Of a stretch of 64,000 nt of DNA, positions 9,868 through 20,517 are shown one piece after another. The notes under the pieces were generated by a model. The model had not been told where the DNA came from. It saw nothing but the letters and a program-made list of their open reading frames with translations, and did not search any database. Position 1 is the first letter of the stretch, and every line of letters starts with the position of its first letter. The stretch lies in the NCBI GenBank assembly GCA_037481835.1, contig JBBFKW010000013.1:32001-96000 (forward strand), given 5' to 3'. Origin of the DNA: Desulfosoma sp. (GTDB lineage: Bacteria; Desulfobacterota; Syntrophobacteria; Syntrophobacterales; DSM-9756). A program made the position numbers and the translations under genes.

Positions 9868-11760
9868 ATGCTGACCGTTTTTCGAGAACATGCCGGCAGT
9901 TGGATCATCAAGGTCGCCCTTTTTGCCATCATCGTGGTTTTCATCTTCTGGGGCGGGTATTCGTACAGGTCCATGAGGGCCAGCCGTCTGGCTCGGGTCG
10001 GGGACGTCTACGTGACCTACGCCGACTACAACCAGGCGTATGATCATCTGCTGAATATGTACCGGCGCCAGTTCGGAAACCATCTCAACCAGGAACTCCT
10101 GGAGCGGTTCAACATCAAGCAGCAGGCCTTGGATCTCGTCATCGACCGCGTGCTCATCACCCAGGCGGCCCGCGCCTTGGGGCTCAACGCGGGCGTGGAG
10201 GACGTCCAAGACGAGATCCTTTCCTTCCCGGCGTTCCACGTGGACGGGCGGTTCGACCGGCAGAGGTACGTGGCCGTTTTGCAGCAAAACCGCATGACCC
10301 CCCAGGCTTTCGAACAGCAGCTGGCCCAGGACTTGACGATGCGCCGCGTGGAATCCTTCGTCAAAGGCCAGGCCGTGGTCGGCGACGCGGAAGTGGCTTC
10401 GGATGTCCAGTACCGGTTCGGCCGGGTGCAGGTGGCCTACGCCCAGATCGATCCCAAAAACTTCCAAGATAAAGTGGCCATCGACGATGCCCAGGTGTCG
10501 GCCTTTTTCGAAAAGAACGCCGATCGCTACAAGGAACCGGAAAAGAGGGTGGTGGTCTACGTACCTTTTGTCCTGGACGATTTCCTGGGGGACGTTTCGG
10601 CAAGCGATGACGAAATCCGAACCTACTACGAAGACCATCCCGATCAGTTCCATCGCGAAAAACAGGTCAAGGCCCGCCACATCCTGTTTCGGCTCGGGGC
10701 GCAAGCCACCGAAGAGGAAGTGAAAAAGGCGGAAGCCACCGCACGGTCGGTCCTGGAAAAAGCGCGCAAGGGCGAAGACTTCGCCGCGCTGGCCAAGGCC
10801 CATTCCCAAGACGGCTCGGCCCAGGCCGGCGGCGATTTGGGCTGGTTTACCAAGGATCAGATGGTGCCGGCTTTCGCCGATGCGGCTTTTGCCATGAAAG
10901 CCGGCGAGGTGAGCGATCTCGTGCGCACGCCGTTCGGGTGGCACATCATCAAAGTGGAAGATGTGCGCCCCGAAGAGACGGTCCCGCTCGAGAAGGCCAA
11001 AGCGCAGATCGAATTGAACCTCAAACGGGAAAAAGCCCGGGATGTGGCCTATCGCAAAGCGCGGGAATTCGCCGATGTGGCTTATGCCGACGGGGATGTG
11101 GCCAAAGCGGCCGAAAGGATGCACCGGGCGGTGGAGGCGCCGGAGAAGGGGTTGGGCGTCACGGACATCCTTCCCAAGGTCGGGAACGCCCCGGAGGTGA
11201 TGAAGGCCTTGTTTGCGCTGGGCGAAGGGGAAGTGTCCGACGTCCTGGAATGGGCCAACGGCTTTATGGTCGGGCAGGTCAAGAAGATTCAGGCGCCTCA
11301 GGTGCCTCCCTTGGAAAAGGTGAAAAGCCGCGTCCAGGAAGACCTGAAGGCGGAGCGGGCGAGGGAGGAGGCGGAAAAGGCGGCCAAGGCCCTTCTGGAA
11401 GAGGCGCGACGGCAGGGCGACTTGGACAAGGCGGCTGCTTCGGCCGGCGTGAGCGTCCAGACCAGCGGGTGGTTTTCGCGCATGGAGCCTGATGAAAAAC
11501 TGAGACTGTGGGGCGATGCGGCCGAAGCCGTCTTCCAGCTCCAAAAGCCCGGCGACATGCCCCAAGCCCCCCTCTCCTGGCAAGGGGCGTTCATTGTCTG
11601 CCGGCTCGTCGGCCGCCAGGACCCGGCGCCGGAGGTTTTGGAAAAAGAGCGGGAAAACACCCGAGCGCGCCTCACCCAGATGAAACAGAATCAGCTCTGG
11701 CAGGCCTGGATCGCCAAACAGCGCAGCCTGGCCAAAGTGGAAATCCTCCACCAACTGTAG
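9868..11760 (+). CDS. PpiD/SurA-type membrane-anchored peptidyl-prolyl isomerase
   Basis: N-terminal TM, SurA-N region, parvulin motifs KARHIL, GGDLGWF, VRTPFGWHIIKV; AGGAGG RBS. Confidence 0.9.
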   Translation: MLTVFREHAGSWIIKVALFAIIVVFIFWGGYSYRSMRASRLARVGDVYVTYADYNQAYDHLLNMYRRQFGNHLNQELLERFNIKQQALDLVIDRVLITQAARALGLNAGVEDVQDEILSFPAFHVDGRFDRQRYVAVLQQNRMTPQAFEQQLAQDLTMRRVESFVKGQAVVGDAEVASDVQYRFGRVQVAYAQIDPKNFQDKVAIDDAQVSAFFEKNADRYKEPEKRVVVYVPFVLDDFLGDVSASDDEIRTYYEDHPDQFHREKQVKARHILFRLGAQATEEEVKKAEATARSVLEKARKGEDFAALAKAHSQDGSAQAGGDLGWFTKDQMVPAFADAAFAMKAGEVSDLVRTPFGWHIIKVEDVRPEETVPLEKAKAQIELNLKREKARDVAYRKAREFADVAYADGDVAKAAERMHRAVEAPEKGLGVTDILPKVGNAPEVMKALFALGEGEVSDVLEWANGFMVGQVKKIQAPQVPPLEKVKSRVQEDLKAERAREEAEKAAKALLEEARRQGDLDKAAASAGVSVQTSGWFSRMEPDEKLRLWGDAAEAVFQLQKPGDMPQAPLSWQGAFIVCRLVGRQDPAPEVLEKERENTRARLTQMKQNQLWQAWIAKQRSLAKVEILHQL

Positions 11761-11874
11761 GGCCGAAAATCCTGAAAACGGCACAGCCTCGGGACCGGAC
11801 TCGGAGGGCCCCGAGGCGGCCCATCCTTCTGTGCCCCCGCGCCATGCCCCCGGCTCTTACCTACAACCCTGCGA

Positions 11875-12582
11875 TCAAGCCGTTTTACCTTCCGCCAGGC
11901 GCATGAGGAGCTTTTCCAGGAGTTCTTGAGCCCTTGGGGCAAACATCGGCGTGAGGTGCCGAATCGTCCTTTCATCCTGGATGTACGGCCCTTCGGTGAT
12001 CTCCGTCCCGCAATGGCGGAGGAGGGCCTCCACGGTTTCTTCCGTGGATTCCAGATGGAACTGCAGGCCGATGGCTCGGTCTTCATAGACAAACGCCTGG
12101 CTGGGACACCCGGCGCTTCGGGCCATATGGACGGCCCCTTCGGGGATGTGGAAGGTGTCCCCGTGCCAGTGAAATGCATGAAACGATGAAGGGAAATCCT
12201 TAAACAGCGGCGACACGGCGGCCTCCGGCGTCATTTCCACCGGGTGCCAGCCGATTTCCTTGAACATGCCTCGGAACACCGTGGATCCCAGAGCATCGGC
12301 CAGGAGTTGCGCTCCCAGACAGATGCCGAGAATCGTCTTGCCGGAGATCACGGCGGAATTGATGAAGCGCCGTTCCTCGGCAAGCCATGGGTAGAGATCA
12401 TCTTCGTAGATGTTCATGGGACCGCCCATGACGATGAGCCAGTCGAAGGCGTGCGGTGCGGGCAAAGGCTCGCCGGCGTGAAGACGGGTGGTGCGGATTT
12501 CAAACCCTTGAGCGGCGCCCCATTGGGCGATATGGCCCGGCCCTTCAAAGGGAACGTGTTCCAAGACGTGAAGTCTCGGCAT
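11875..12582 (-). CDS. Class I glutamine amidotransferase-like protein
   Basis: HVPFEGPG, MGGPM, LGICLGAQL, WHGDTF, LQFHLE. Confidence 0.9.
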   Translation of the reverse strand: MPRLHVLEHVPFEGPGHIAQWGAAQGFEIRTTRLHAGEPLPAPHAFDWLIVMGGPMNIYEDDLYPWLAEERRFINSAVISGKTILGICLGAQLLADALGSTVFRGMFKEIGWHPVEMTPEAAVSPLFKDFPSSFHAFHWHGDTFHIPEGAVHMARSAGCPSQAFVYEDRAIGLQFHLESTEETVEALLRHCGTEITEGPYIQDERTIRHLTPMFAPRAQELLEKLLMRLAEGKTA

Positions 12583-12609
12583 GGCGGGATTCCTTGTCTG
12601 AGAGTCGGC

Positions 12610-12717
12610 TCAAAAGGTGAACACCTTGTCCGCCTCCATGGAAAGTTCGTATTGAAATTGCATGGCGTTGTACATCGTTTCCGCATCGTCCGTGGAAATG
12701 ATGAACATGAGTTTCAC
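12610..12717 (-). pseudogene. Internally deleted DsrE-family gene (35 aa remnant)
   Basis: GTG start after a GAGGGGGG RBS; MKLMFIISTDDAETMYNAM resembles a DsrE N-terminus and EADKVFTF-stop a DsrE C-terminus, with the middle missing. Confidence 0.55.
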
Positions 12718-12744
12718 GGTGCTTTCCCCCCTCGTTCGTAGTTC

Positions 12745-12775
12745 GTAGGTTGGGGTGAGCGAAGCGAACCCCAAC
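12745..12775 (+). repeat. REP-like palindrome, copy 1
   Basis: GTAG-gttggggtgagcgaagcgaaccccaac; gttgggg/ccccaac stem; near-identical copies at 36217 and 45908. Confidence 0.8.
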
Positions 12776-12829
12776 ACATGGGCCCACCCCATGAACCCCC
12801 ACCCATGGGCTGCGGGGGCTTCCCTCCAC

Positions 12830-13993
12830 TTACCCCACTTCCCGGAGGGCGTCGTCCAGGTCCGCGATGAGGTCTTCGGGGTCTTCGATGCCCACCGAGA
12901 GGCGGATCAGGCTGTCGCGGATACCCATCTTTTCCCTTTCCCCAGGGGGCACGGAGGCGTGGGAAGTTTCCACGGGAAAGCAGGCCAGGGATTCCACCCC
13001 ACCGAGGCTCACCGCCGGCTTGAACAGTTTCAGGCGCCCCATCACCTTGCGCGCGGTTTGGGCGTTCCCTCGAGGCTCGAAGGAGAGCATGCCGCCGAAG
13101 CCGCGCATCTGGCGGGCGGCCGCCTCATGGCCCGGATGGTCCGCAAGGCCGGGATAGAAAACCCGCTCCACGCGCGGATCCTTCGCCAGAAAGGCCGCCA
13201 CGGCCATGGCGTTTTCGTTGTGCCGTGCGACCCGAAGCGCCAGGGTCTTGAGTCCCCGTTCCAGCAGGAAACAATCGTAGGGGCTGAGGCTGGGCCCATA
13301 GAGGGAAACCATGGAGCCGACGGCCGCAATGAGGTCGGGTCGGGCGACCACGGCGCCGCAACACAGATCGCTGTGGCCGTTGAGGTACTTGGTGCCGCTG
13401 TGGACGACGATGTCGATCCCCAGGTCCAAGGGATTTTGGTTGATGGGCGTGGCGAAGGTGTTGTCGACCACCGTGAGCACCCCTCGAGCGCGGGCTTCCC
13501 GGGCGAGAGCCTCCAAATCCAAGATCTTCAAGAGGGGGTTGGACGGAGTTTCCACGTGGATGAGGCGCGTTTCGGGCCTGAGGGCGGCGACGAAATCTTC
13601 GGGGTTTTCCGAATCCACCCAGGAAACCTCAATACCACGTCGCGGCAGTTCCCGTTGAGCCAGCCCCAGCGTGCCGCCGTAAAGGTCGCGCTGCAGAACC
13701 ACGTGGTCCCCGGCTTTGCAAAAGGCGAGAAAAACGCTGGCGATGGCGGCCATGCCGGAAGCGACCACGATGCCCGCTTCGGCGTTTTCCAGAGCGGCGA
13801 TTTTTTCGGCCACGGCCTTCTGTCCTGGAATGTTCTGATACCGGGGATAGACCACGGTACCCAGGGGGCCGGGAACCCGAAACGCCGATGAAGCGAAAAT
13901 CGGCGTATTGACGCCGCCCGCCAGGGTGTCTTCAAAAGTTCCTGCATGCACGCACCGCGTGGAAAAACCCGCACCGGACCACAAATCGCCCAT
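12830..13993 (-). CDS. Cys/Met metabolism PLP enzyme (cystathionine gamma-lyase/synthase family)
   Basis: ASGMAAI, ETPSNP, VVDNTFATP, HSGTKYLNGHSD (PLP Lys), AVSLGGVESL, IRLSVGIED. Confidence 0.93.
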   Translation of the reverse strand: MGDLWSGAGFSTRCVHAGTFEDTLAGGVNTPIFASSAFRVPGPLGTVVYPRYQNIPGQKAVAEKIAALENAEAGIVVASGMAAIASVFLAFCKAGDHVVLQRDLYGGTLGLAQRELPRRGIEVSWVDSENPEDFVAALRPETRLIHVETPSNPLLKILDLEALAREARARGVLTVVDNTFATPINQNPLDLGIDIVVHSGTKYLNGHSDLCCGAVVARPDLIAAVGSMVSLYGPSLSPYDCFLLERGLKTLALRVARHNENAMAVAAFLAKDPRVERVFYPGLADHPGHEAAARQMRGFGGMLSFEPRGNAQTARKVMGRLKLFKPAVSLGGVESLACFPVETSHASVPPGEREKMGIRDSLIRLSVGIEDPEDLIADLDDALREVG

Positions 13994-14037
13994 CAAAGTC
14001 TCCTTTTCCTTCGCCGGGTATCCGCCCTGATTCATGT

Positions 14038-16026
14038 TCATTGGCTGTTTGCGGACAAAAGGGCGAGAGCCGCAGTGACCACGTTTTCCACGGTAAAGCC
14101 GAATTTTTTCATGACGAGCGATCCGGGCGCCGAGGCGCCGAACCGGTCGATGGCGATGACGGAGCCCCGGGAACCCGTCCACTGGTGCCAGCCCATGGAC
14201 GATCCCGCCTCAACGGCCAACCGGGCCGTCACATCCGGTGGCAGCACCGCGTCCCGGTAGGCGGCGTCCTGGCGTTGAAAGAGTTCCCAGGACGGCATGG
14301 ACACCACCCGCGTGGGGATCCCCTTTTGGCTTTCCAGGACCTTTTGAGCTTCCAGGGCCAAATGGGTTTCGGAGCCCGTGGCCATCAAGATCAATTGGGG
14401 CGGGCCGGAACTGTCGCTAAGGACGTAGGCTCCTTTGGACACCCCGACAAAGAGTTTTTCGCGATCCATGTCGAGCACGGGCACGTTTTGCCGCGTCAGG
14501 GCCAGGGCCACGGGGCCGTCGGCTTCCAGGGCGGTTTTCCAGGCCGCGGCCGTTTCGTTGGCGTCCGCAGGGCGCAAAACGGTGAGATTGGGAATGGCGC
14601 GCAGGCTTGCCAGGTGTTCGACGGGCTGATGGGTCGGCCCGTCTTCCCCCACGCCGATGCTGTCGTGGGTGAAAACATAGATCACCTTGGTTTTCATGAG
14701 CGCGGCCAGCCGGATGGCCGGGCGCATGTAGTCCGCGAAGACGAGAAACGTCCCGCCGTAGGGCCTCACCCCACCGTGCAGGGCCATGCCGTTCAAGACG
14801 GCGCCCATGGCGTGTTCCCGCACGCCGAAGTGCAGGTTGCGGCTGCCTCCCTGAGCGAGAAACGTCTTGTTGGACGGGGCGAGATCGGCGGATCCCCCCA
14901 TGAGGTTCGTGATGACGTCGGCCAGGGCGTTGAGCACCTTGCCGGAGGCGTTGCGCGTGGCGACGGATCCCGCCGCGGGATCGAAAGCGGGAAGATGCCG
15001 TTCCCACCCGTGGGGGAGCGCTCCGGCCAAGAAGGATTTCAAAAGGGCCGCATCTTCGGGGTAGGCTTCGGTGTAGGCTTCCAGCCGGGCGTTCCACTCT
15101 TCCTGGCGGCGGCGGCCTTCCTCCACAGCCCGTCCCATGGCCTCGCGGACTCCCTCGGGCACATGAAAGGCCTCGTCCACGGGCCAGCCGTAGCATTCCT
15201 TCGTCTTTCGAGCGGCTTCGGGACCCAGGGGTTCCCCGTGGCAGGCGGCGTTGTTTTCCTTGGGACTGCCGTAGCCGATGACGGTCCTGACGGCGATGAG
15301 CGACGGCCGATCCCGCACCGCCTTGGCCGCCTCGATGGCTCCATGGATCGCTTCCAGATCGTTTCCATCGGCGACCCGCTGCGTGTGCCACCCGTAGGCT
15401 TGGAAGCGGGCCAGGACGTCTTCGGTGAAGGCCAGGGCCGTGTCCCCTTCGATGGTGATGTGGTTGTCGTCGTAGAGGTAGATGAGTTTGCCCAGTTTCC
15501 AGTGGCCGGCTAGAGAGGCGGCTTCGGAGGCCACCCCTTCCATGAGGTCGCCGTCGGACACCAGGGCGTACGTGTGGTGGTCGATGATGGGATAGCCGGG
15601 TCGGTTGAAACGTTCGGCAAGCCATTTTTCGGCCAGAGCCATCCCCACGCCCATGGCGAAGCCTTGGCCCAGGGGACCCGTGGTGCATTCCACGCCGGGG
15701 GTGAGGCCGTATTCGGGATGACCGGGGGTTTTGCTTTCCCACTGGCGGAAGTTTTGGAGTTCTTCCAGGCTGAGGTCGTAGCCCGTGAGGTGGAGGAGGG
15801 CGTAGAGCAGGGCGGAGCCGTGCCCGGCTGAGAGGATGAACCGATCACGGTTGACCCACGACGGATCCGAGGGATTATGGCGAAGATGCCGGCTCCACAG
15901 CACATAGGCCATGGGGGCGGCGCCCAGGGGCAGCCCCGGATGGCCCGACTTGGCCCGTTCCACCATATCCACCGCCAAAAGCCGAAGGGTTGTGACACAT
16001 TGTTCATCCACCGTCTCTGTGTGCAT
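14038..16026 (-). CDS. tkt: Transketolase
   Basis: [55 protein letters not shown]. Confidence 0.97.
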   Translation of the reverse strand: MHTETVDEQCVTTLRLLAVDMVERAKSGHPGLPLGAAPMAYVLWSRHLRHNPSDPSWVNRDRFILSAGHGSALLYALLHLTGYDLSLEELQNFRQWESKTPGHPEYGLTPGVECTTGPLGQGFAMGVGMALAEKWLAERFNRPGYPIIDHHTYALVSDGDLMEGVASEAASLAGHWKLGKLIYLYDDNHITIEGDTALAFTEDVLARFQAYGWHTQRVADGNDLEAIHGAIEAAKAVRDRPSLIAVRTVIGYGSPKENNAACHGEPLGPEAARKTKECYGWPVDEAFHVPEGVREAMGRAVEEGRRRQEEWNARLEAYTEAYPEDAALLKSFLAGALPHGWERHLPAFDPAAGSVATRNASGKVLNALADVITNLMGGSADLAPSNKTFLAQGGSRNLHFGVREHAMGAVLNGMALHGGVRPYGGTFLVFADYMRPAIRLAALMKTKVIYVFTHDSIGVGEDGPTHQPVEHLASLRAIPNLTVLRPADANETAAAWKTALEADGPVALALTRQNVPVLDMDREKLFVGVSKGAYVLSDSSGPPQLILMATGSETHLALEAQKVLESQKGIPTRVVSMPSWELFQRQDAAYRDAVLPPDVTARLAVEAGSSMGWHQWTGSRGSVIAIDRFGASAPGSLVMKKFGFTVENVVTAALALLSANSQ

Positions 16027-16204
16027 GCTCCGCTCCTCCTCGAGGCCGTGCCTGGCGTCTCATCGTTTCCACCCCAAAACTTAAATTCCCCGCACTGGTG
16101 CCTCACCTCAACCGCAATGTCAAGTCGCCTGTGGAGATTGCACTCTTCCCTCCAAGCGCCCGAGGGCTCCGCGCTTTCCTCGAGTCGATCTCCCTCACTT
16201 CCTG

Positions 16205-16263
16205 TTGACAATAAACCGACCGCCATGGTAAGAAAGCATGCCAATTCACATACGAATATGTGA
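16205..16263 (+). promoter_or_regulatory. Sigma70-like promoter plus palindromic operator upstream of the TonB receptor
   Basis: TTGACA 16205-16210, 18-nt spacer, TG-n-TAAGAA 16229-16234; perfect inverted repeat TCACATA-cgaa-TATGTGA at 16246-16263. Confidence 0.55.
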
Positions 16264-16377
16264 CTCCCGTTTGTCTTACCCATTTTCATAACCAGCGCCA
16301 CGAAGGCCTCCATAAATGTGCGGGTGTCTTGGCATGACCCAAGGCGAAGGGGTGTGGTGTGTATTGAGGAGGCGGCG

Positions 16378-18402
16378 ATGAGAAACAAGAGGGGTCTTGG
16401 TCTATGGAGGTTCTTCAGTATCATCGTGGGCGGGATGATCGGCATGGCGGCCATTGTCCATGCCGCGGAAAACGTGGAACCCGTGGTGGTCACGGCATCC
16501 AAGCTCCCGCGCACGCCCGGCAACGTCACGCAAAAGGTGGACACGGTGGATTCCGACTCCCTTTCGGTCATAGTTTCGGGGCATCGCAACGTGGCCGATT
16601 GGCTCATCTACCAACCCGGCGTGTTTGTGAACGTCCTTTCCCGAAATGATGCCAACTGGGGTTCCGTAGGCGGTCTGTCCCAAAAATATAACACCTATAT
16701 GTTGGAAGGGCTGCCCATCGACGTCTTTGTGGAACCGCAAAGCCTCGATGTGCTTGCCTTCGATCGCATTGAAGTCCAGCGAGGACCGGCGGCGGTACTC
16801 TATCCCAACTATCTGGGGATGGATTTTGCGGGGAATCAGAGTCCCTTGACGGGAACGACAAACATCCTTTTGAAGGAGCGTTTCGACAAAGCCCAAACCG
16901 TCCTGGACGCCTCTTACGGATCCTATGCCACATTCGGCGCCCGCGTGTTTCACCAGCAGCCCATGGGCGACGTTCATTTCTTTCTGGGGGCTGGTGTGGA
17001 GGATTCGGATTACACCAATTACGGCACCAAAGATTCCTGGCTGAACATGATAGACGACCCCGAATATCAGAAAACCAAATTTTATGGCAGGGCCACCTGG
17101 TTCATCGACGGCGACGAGCGGCACAAGGTCTCGGTTTTCGCCCATCGAACCGATCATAGCGGCGATGCCGGGCGGCCCAAGAGGGGGTTCAACCACGCGT
17201 ACTGGACGCTTCATTCGGCATACCAGCTGCCGCTGCACGAGACCCTCACAGCCTCGTTCAAGTTGGGCTATCGCAATTACGACCGCAGCTGGCAGGAAGA
17301 CAATTATCCGCAAGATCTCTCCCTGAGGGAGGAAAACGGCGTGCGCCAAGAGATCATTCCCGGCGATGTTTCCCTGGCTTTCGAGCACTGGGGGGGAAGC
17401 GTCCTCACCGTCGGCGGGGATTTTCAGACGGCCTCTTACAAGACTTACACGAATCCGGGACTGCGTTCGGTGACCAACGATGCCGATGCGGCGCAATACG
17501 GCATCTATGCCCAGGAAGAGCTGGTCTGGGGCCGGACGGTTTTTCGGTTGGGCGGTCGTTATGCCTACACGAAACATGACGTGGATCTCTTGGGTGGCGC
17601 ACCTCCTGAGGACGATTCCACCTCGTGGGATAAATGGTTGTGGAGTGCCGGGGTGCGCCATCATTTTCTGGACAATCTTGCCGCCTATGCCAATGTGGGC
17701 TCGAGTTTCGTGGCCCCATCCATCCATTCCGTGGGCGGGACCTTGAAATCTTCGGACCGCGGGGTTCCCGGAAAAGATGGACGCCTCCCCAACCCCGACC
17801 TGGAGCCGGAATCGGGTGTGGGCGGCGACCTGGGGGTTGATTGGAAGGTATGGAAAAATCTCAGCTTCGGGGTAAGAGGTTTCTACAACAAGGTGAACGA
17901 TCAGATCGTCCAAGTGGTGGTCAGCCAAAAACCGTCGCAAGCTCAAGACATCAACGCCGGGGACACCACATCCATGGGCGTGGAACTTGAAACCTCTTTC
18001 AAACCCGTGGATTGGATGCGGTGGTTTGCCAACTACACCTATACGGACACGGAAATCGACAATGATAAGGACCCGGACATGGACGGTGCGGAGGTGCCTT
18101 TCGTGCCGAAACACATGGGTAACATCGGGGTGGACCTGAATTTGCCCTACGATTTCAGAGTGAGCGTGTATCTGCATATGGCGGGAAGGATTTATGACAG
18201 CACGTCCAAGCAAAACCGCAATCGCTTTTCAGGCTATGAGGTCCTTAACGCCTATGTGGAAAAACTTATCCTGAAGAAAGAAACAACGGCCCTGTCCGTC
18301 TACGGCCAGTTTTACAACCTGACGGACAACGAGTATGAAATGCCGTGGCAATTCCAGGATCCCGGTTTTGCTTTTACCGGGGGCGTGAAACTCGTTTTCT
18401 AA
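16378..18402 (+). CDS. TonB-dependent receptor
   Basis: Signal peptide, TonB-box-like PVVVTAS, RIEVQRGPAAVLY plug motif, NPDLEPE, C-terminal Phe; GAGGAGG RBS. Confidence 0.93.
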   Translation: MRNKRGLGLWRFFSIIVGGMIGMAAIVHAAENVEPVVVTASKLPRTPGNVTQKVDTVDSDSLSVIVSGHRNVADWLIYQPGVFVNVLSRNDANWGSVGGLSQKYNTYMLEGLPIDVFVEPQSLDVLAFDRIEVQRGPAAVLYPNYLGMDFAGNQSPLTGTTNILLKERFDKAQTVLDASYGSYATFGARVFHQQPMGDVHFFLGAGVEDSDYTNYGTKDSWLNMIDDPEYQKTKFYGRATWFIDGDERHKVSVFAHRTDHSGDAGRPKRGFNHAYWTLHSAYQLPLHETLTASFKLGYRNYDRSWQEDNYPQDLSLREENGVRQEIIPGDVSLAFEHWGGSVLTVGGDFQTASYKTYTNPGLRSVTNDADAAQYGIYAQEELVWGRTVFRLGGRYAYTKHDVDLLGGAPPEDDSTSWDKWLWSAGVRHHFLDNLAAYANVGSSFVAPSIHSVGGTLKSSDRGVPGKDGRLPNPDLEPESGVGGDLGVDWKVWKNLSFGVRGFYNKVNDQIVQVVVSQKPSQAQDINAGDTTSMGVELETSFKPVDWMRWFANYTYTDTEIDNDKDPDMDGAEVPFVPKHMGNIGVDLNLPYDFRVSVYLHMAGRIYDSTSKQNRNRFSGYEVLNAYVEKLILKKETTALSVYGQFYNLTDNEYEMPWQFQDPGFAFTGGVKLVF

Positions 18403-18494
18403 AAAATCCTTGGGACTGCGGGGATTTGCCCCCGCGTCCCTTCCTCACCGCACAAACCATGTTCAGGAATCCCGTAAACTCTCGATCCCTCCAA

Positions 18495-19529
18495 ATGCGT
18501 CGGCCTTTGATTGCATGGGGCCTTGCGGGGCTCCTGAGCCTGTGGGGGGCAGCGCTGAGCGCACCGGTGGAGGCCCGATCCGTGCAAGCGGTGGACTTCA
18601 GGGGCAAAACCGTCTCTTTAACGGAACCCGCCCGGCGGATCGTGTGCCTCATCGAAAGCGCCCTTTCGGGCCTTTATATGTTGGGGGTGTCTGAGCGCGT
18701 CGTCGGGGTGTCCTCAAACGTTTACGAGGGGGCTGTGAGGCCGTATTATGAAGCCCTCGACCCCCGGATACGGTCCAAGAGTCTTCCCGCGCCGGGAAAC
18801 TGGGATTTTATCAACACGGAATCCGTGGTGGCCCTAAAGCCCGATCTTGTCATTTTGTGGGCGCATCAGACAGAAGCCATCCAATCGTTGGAAAGCCGGG
18901 GCCTTGTGGTTTTTGGGGTGTTTGTGGAGCGGTTTGCCGACGTCTTCCGGGAAATCGAGGCCTTTGGCGCCCTCACGGGAACGGAAGAAAGAGCCCGGGA
19001 ACTCATCACGGCAGTTGCGCACGAGCTGCAGTGGCTGGAGCAAAAGTTGGAGACCGCAACCGCCCGGGGAAGGCCCGACGTTTATTTCATGTGGGCCCAG
19101 GGAGACCTTGAAACCTCTGGAGGGAACTCCACGGTAAATGAACTCATTGAACTGGCAGGGGGCGTGAATGTTTTTAAACACATGCCCCAAGAACACGTGA
19201 CGGTGCATAGGGAAAGCGTACTCAAAGCCGAGCCTGACGTCATCGTCATGTGGGTAAATCCTGCGCGGGATCCTGTGCACATTGTGAGTGACGTGCGGTG
19301 GCGGTCGGTCAAGGCCGTGAAGGATAAGCGCGTCCATGAACTTCCCGATGTTTTTACCAGCGATTTGTGGACGTTGAAATATCCTTTGGCGGTCCTCACC
19401 GTGGCCCGCTGGCTCCATCCCCGGGCCTTTGACGGCGAGGACCTGAAAGCCAGACGCCGCACTTTCCTGGAACGGCTATACGGATCGGCCGCAGTGGGCC
19501 AGGTGGCGGATCATGTCCCCTTGGATTAG
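18495..19529 (+). CDS. ABC transporter substrate-binding protein (FecB/BtuF-like)
   Basis: VDFRGKTVSL..PARRIV, ESVVALKPDLVI, W..VKAVKDKRV. Confidence 0.88.
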   Translation: MRRPLIAWGLAGLLSLWGAALSAPVEARSVQAVDFRGKTVSLTEPARRIVCLIESALSGLYMLGVSERVVGVSSNVYEGAVRPYYEALDPRIRSKSLPAPGNWDFINTESVVALKPDLVILWAHQTEAIQSLESRGLVVFGVFVERFADVFREIEAFGALTGTEERARELITAVAHELQWLEQKLETATARGRPDVYFMWAQGDLETSGGNSTVNELIELAGGVNVFKHMPQEHVTVHRESVLKAEPDVIVMWVNPARDPVHIVSDVRWRSVKAVKDKRVHELPDVFTSDLWTLKYPLAVLTVARWLHPRAFDGEDLKARRRTFLERLYGSAAVGQVADHVPLD

Positions 19530-20517
19530 GCGCGCCGTGGTTTTCGCCTTTCCCTGGCCCGTTATCGTGTTGTCCGTTTTTGTGGGGCCGCAGGAATCCA
19601 TATCCCCGAGAGATGCGCTGGGTTGGATGGCATCGGCCGTGGTGCAAGGCCCGCCCGCCGACAACGTGGATTTTGTCCGGGCCATCGTGTGGGACATCCG
19701 CATTCCCCGTATTCTTCTCGCCTTTTGCGTCGGCGGAGCCCTGGCTGCTTCAGGGGCCGCCTTGCAGGCCGTCTTCAGAAACCCTTTGGTGTCCCCGTAC
19801 ATTTTGGGGATTTCCTCAGGGGCAGCCTTCGGCGCGGCCGCAGCCCTCGCCGTGGGATTTCTGCCCGTCTACGGATCCGCTTTCCTTTTCGGGATGGCGG
19901 CCGTGGGATGCAGCTACACCTTGGGGCGTGTGAACAAGGCGGCGACGCCCGTGAGCCTGGTGCTTTCGGGCATGATTGTCTCAGGCATCTTTACGGCCCT
20001 GCTTACCATCGTCCAATTCCTTGCCGACCCTTTCCGGCTGCAGACCATCGTCCACTGGACCATGGGCAACCTGCATAATGCCGAATGGCGAAGAGTTTTG
20101 GAGAGCGCTCCGATCATGGCGATCGGGGGCGCGGGCATGTTTTTCCTGCGCTGGCGCATGAACATTTTGGCTCTGGGAGATCAAGAAGCCTACGCGGTGG
20201 GCGTGAATCCCGAACGGGAGAAGATCAAGATGCTTATCCCGGCAACCCTCGCCGCTTCGGCGGCGGTGGCGGCGGCTGGCATCATCGGCATGGTGGGGCT
20301 CGTGGTCCCTCACATGGTGCGCATGATGCTCGGTCCGGATAACCGCGTCGGGATCCCGGCCTGCTTTCTTTTCGGCGGGGCGTTTCTCGTCCTGGTGGAT
20401 GATTTTTCCCGAGCTTTGACCGCCTTCGAACTGCCCATCGGCATTTTTACCACTCTTATCGGCGGGCCCTTCTTCATTTTTCTGCTCCGCCGATCCCGAC
20501 TGGGGTGGGCCTCATGA
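19513..20517 (+). CDS. FecCD/BtuC-family ABC permease
   Basis: IRIPRIL, LQAVFRNPLVSPYILGISSGA, GIIGMVGLVVPH, ELPIG. Confidence 0.92.
   Translation: MSPWIRRAVVFAFPWPVIVLSVFVGPQESISPRDALGWMASAVVQGPPADNVDFVRAIVWDIRIPRILLAFCVGGALAASGAALQAVFRNPLVSPYILGISSGAAFGAAAALAVGFLPVYGSAFLFGMAAVGCSYTLGRVNKAATPVSLVLSGMIVSGIFTALLTIVQFLADPFRLQTIVHWTMGNLHNAEWRRVLESAPIMAIGGAGMFFLRWRMNILALGDQEAYAVGVNPEREKIKMLIPATLAASAAVAAAGIIGMVGLVVPHMVRMMLGPDNRVGIPACFLFGGAFLVLVDDFSRALTAFELPIGIFTTLIGGPFFIFLLRRSRLGWAS

Noticed and set aside
16030..16378. Cobalamin riboswitch upstream of the TonB receptor
   Set aside because: No recognisable GGGAA...GCCCCCGCAACTGT or B12-box core.
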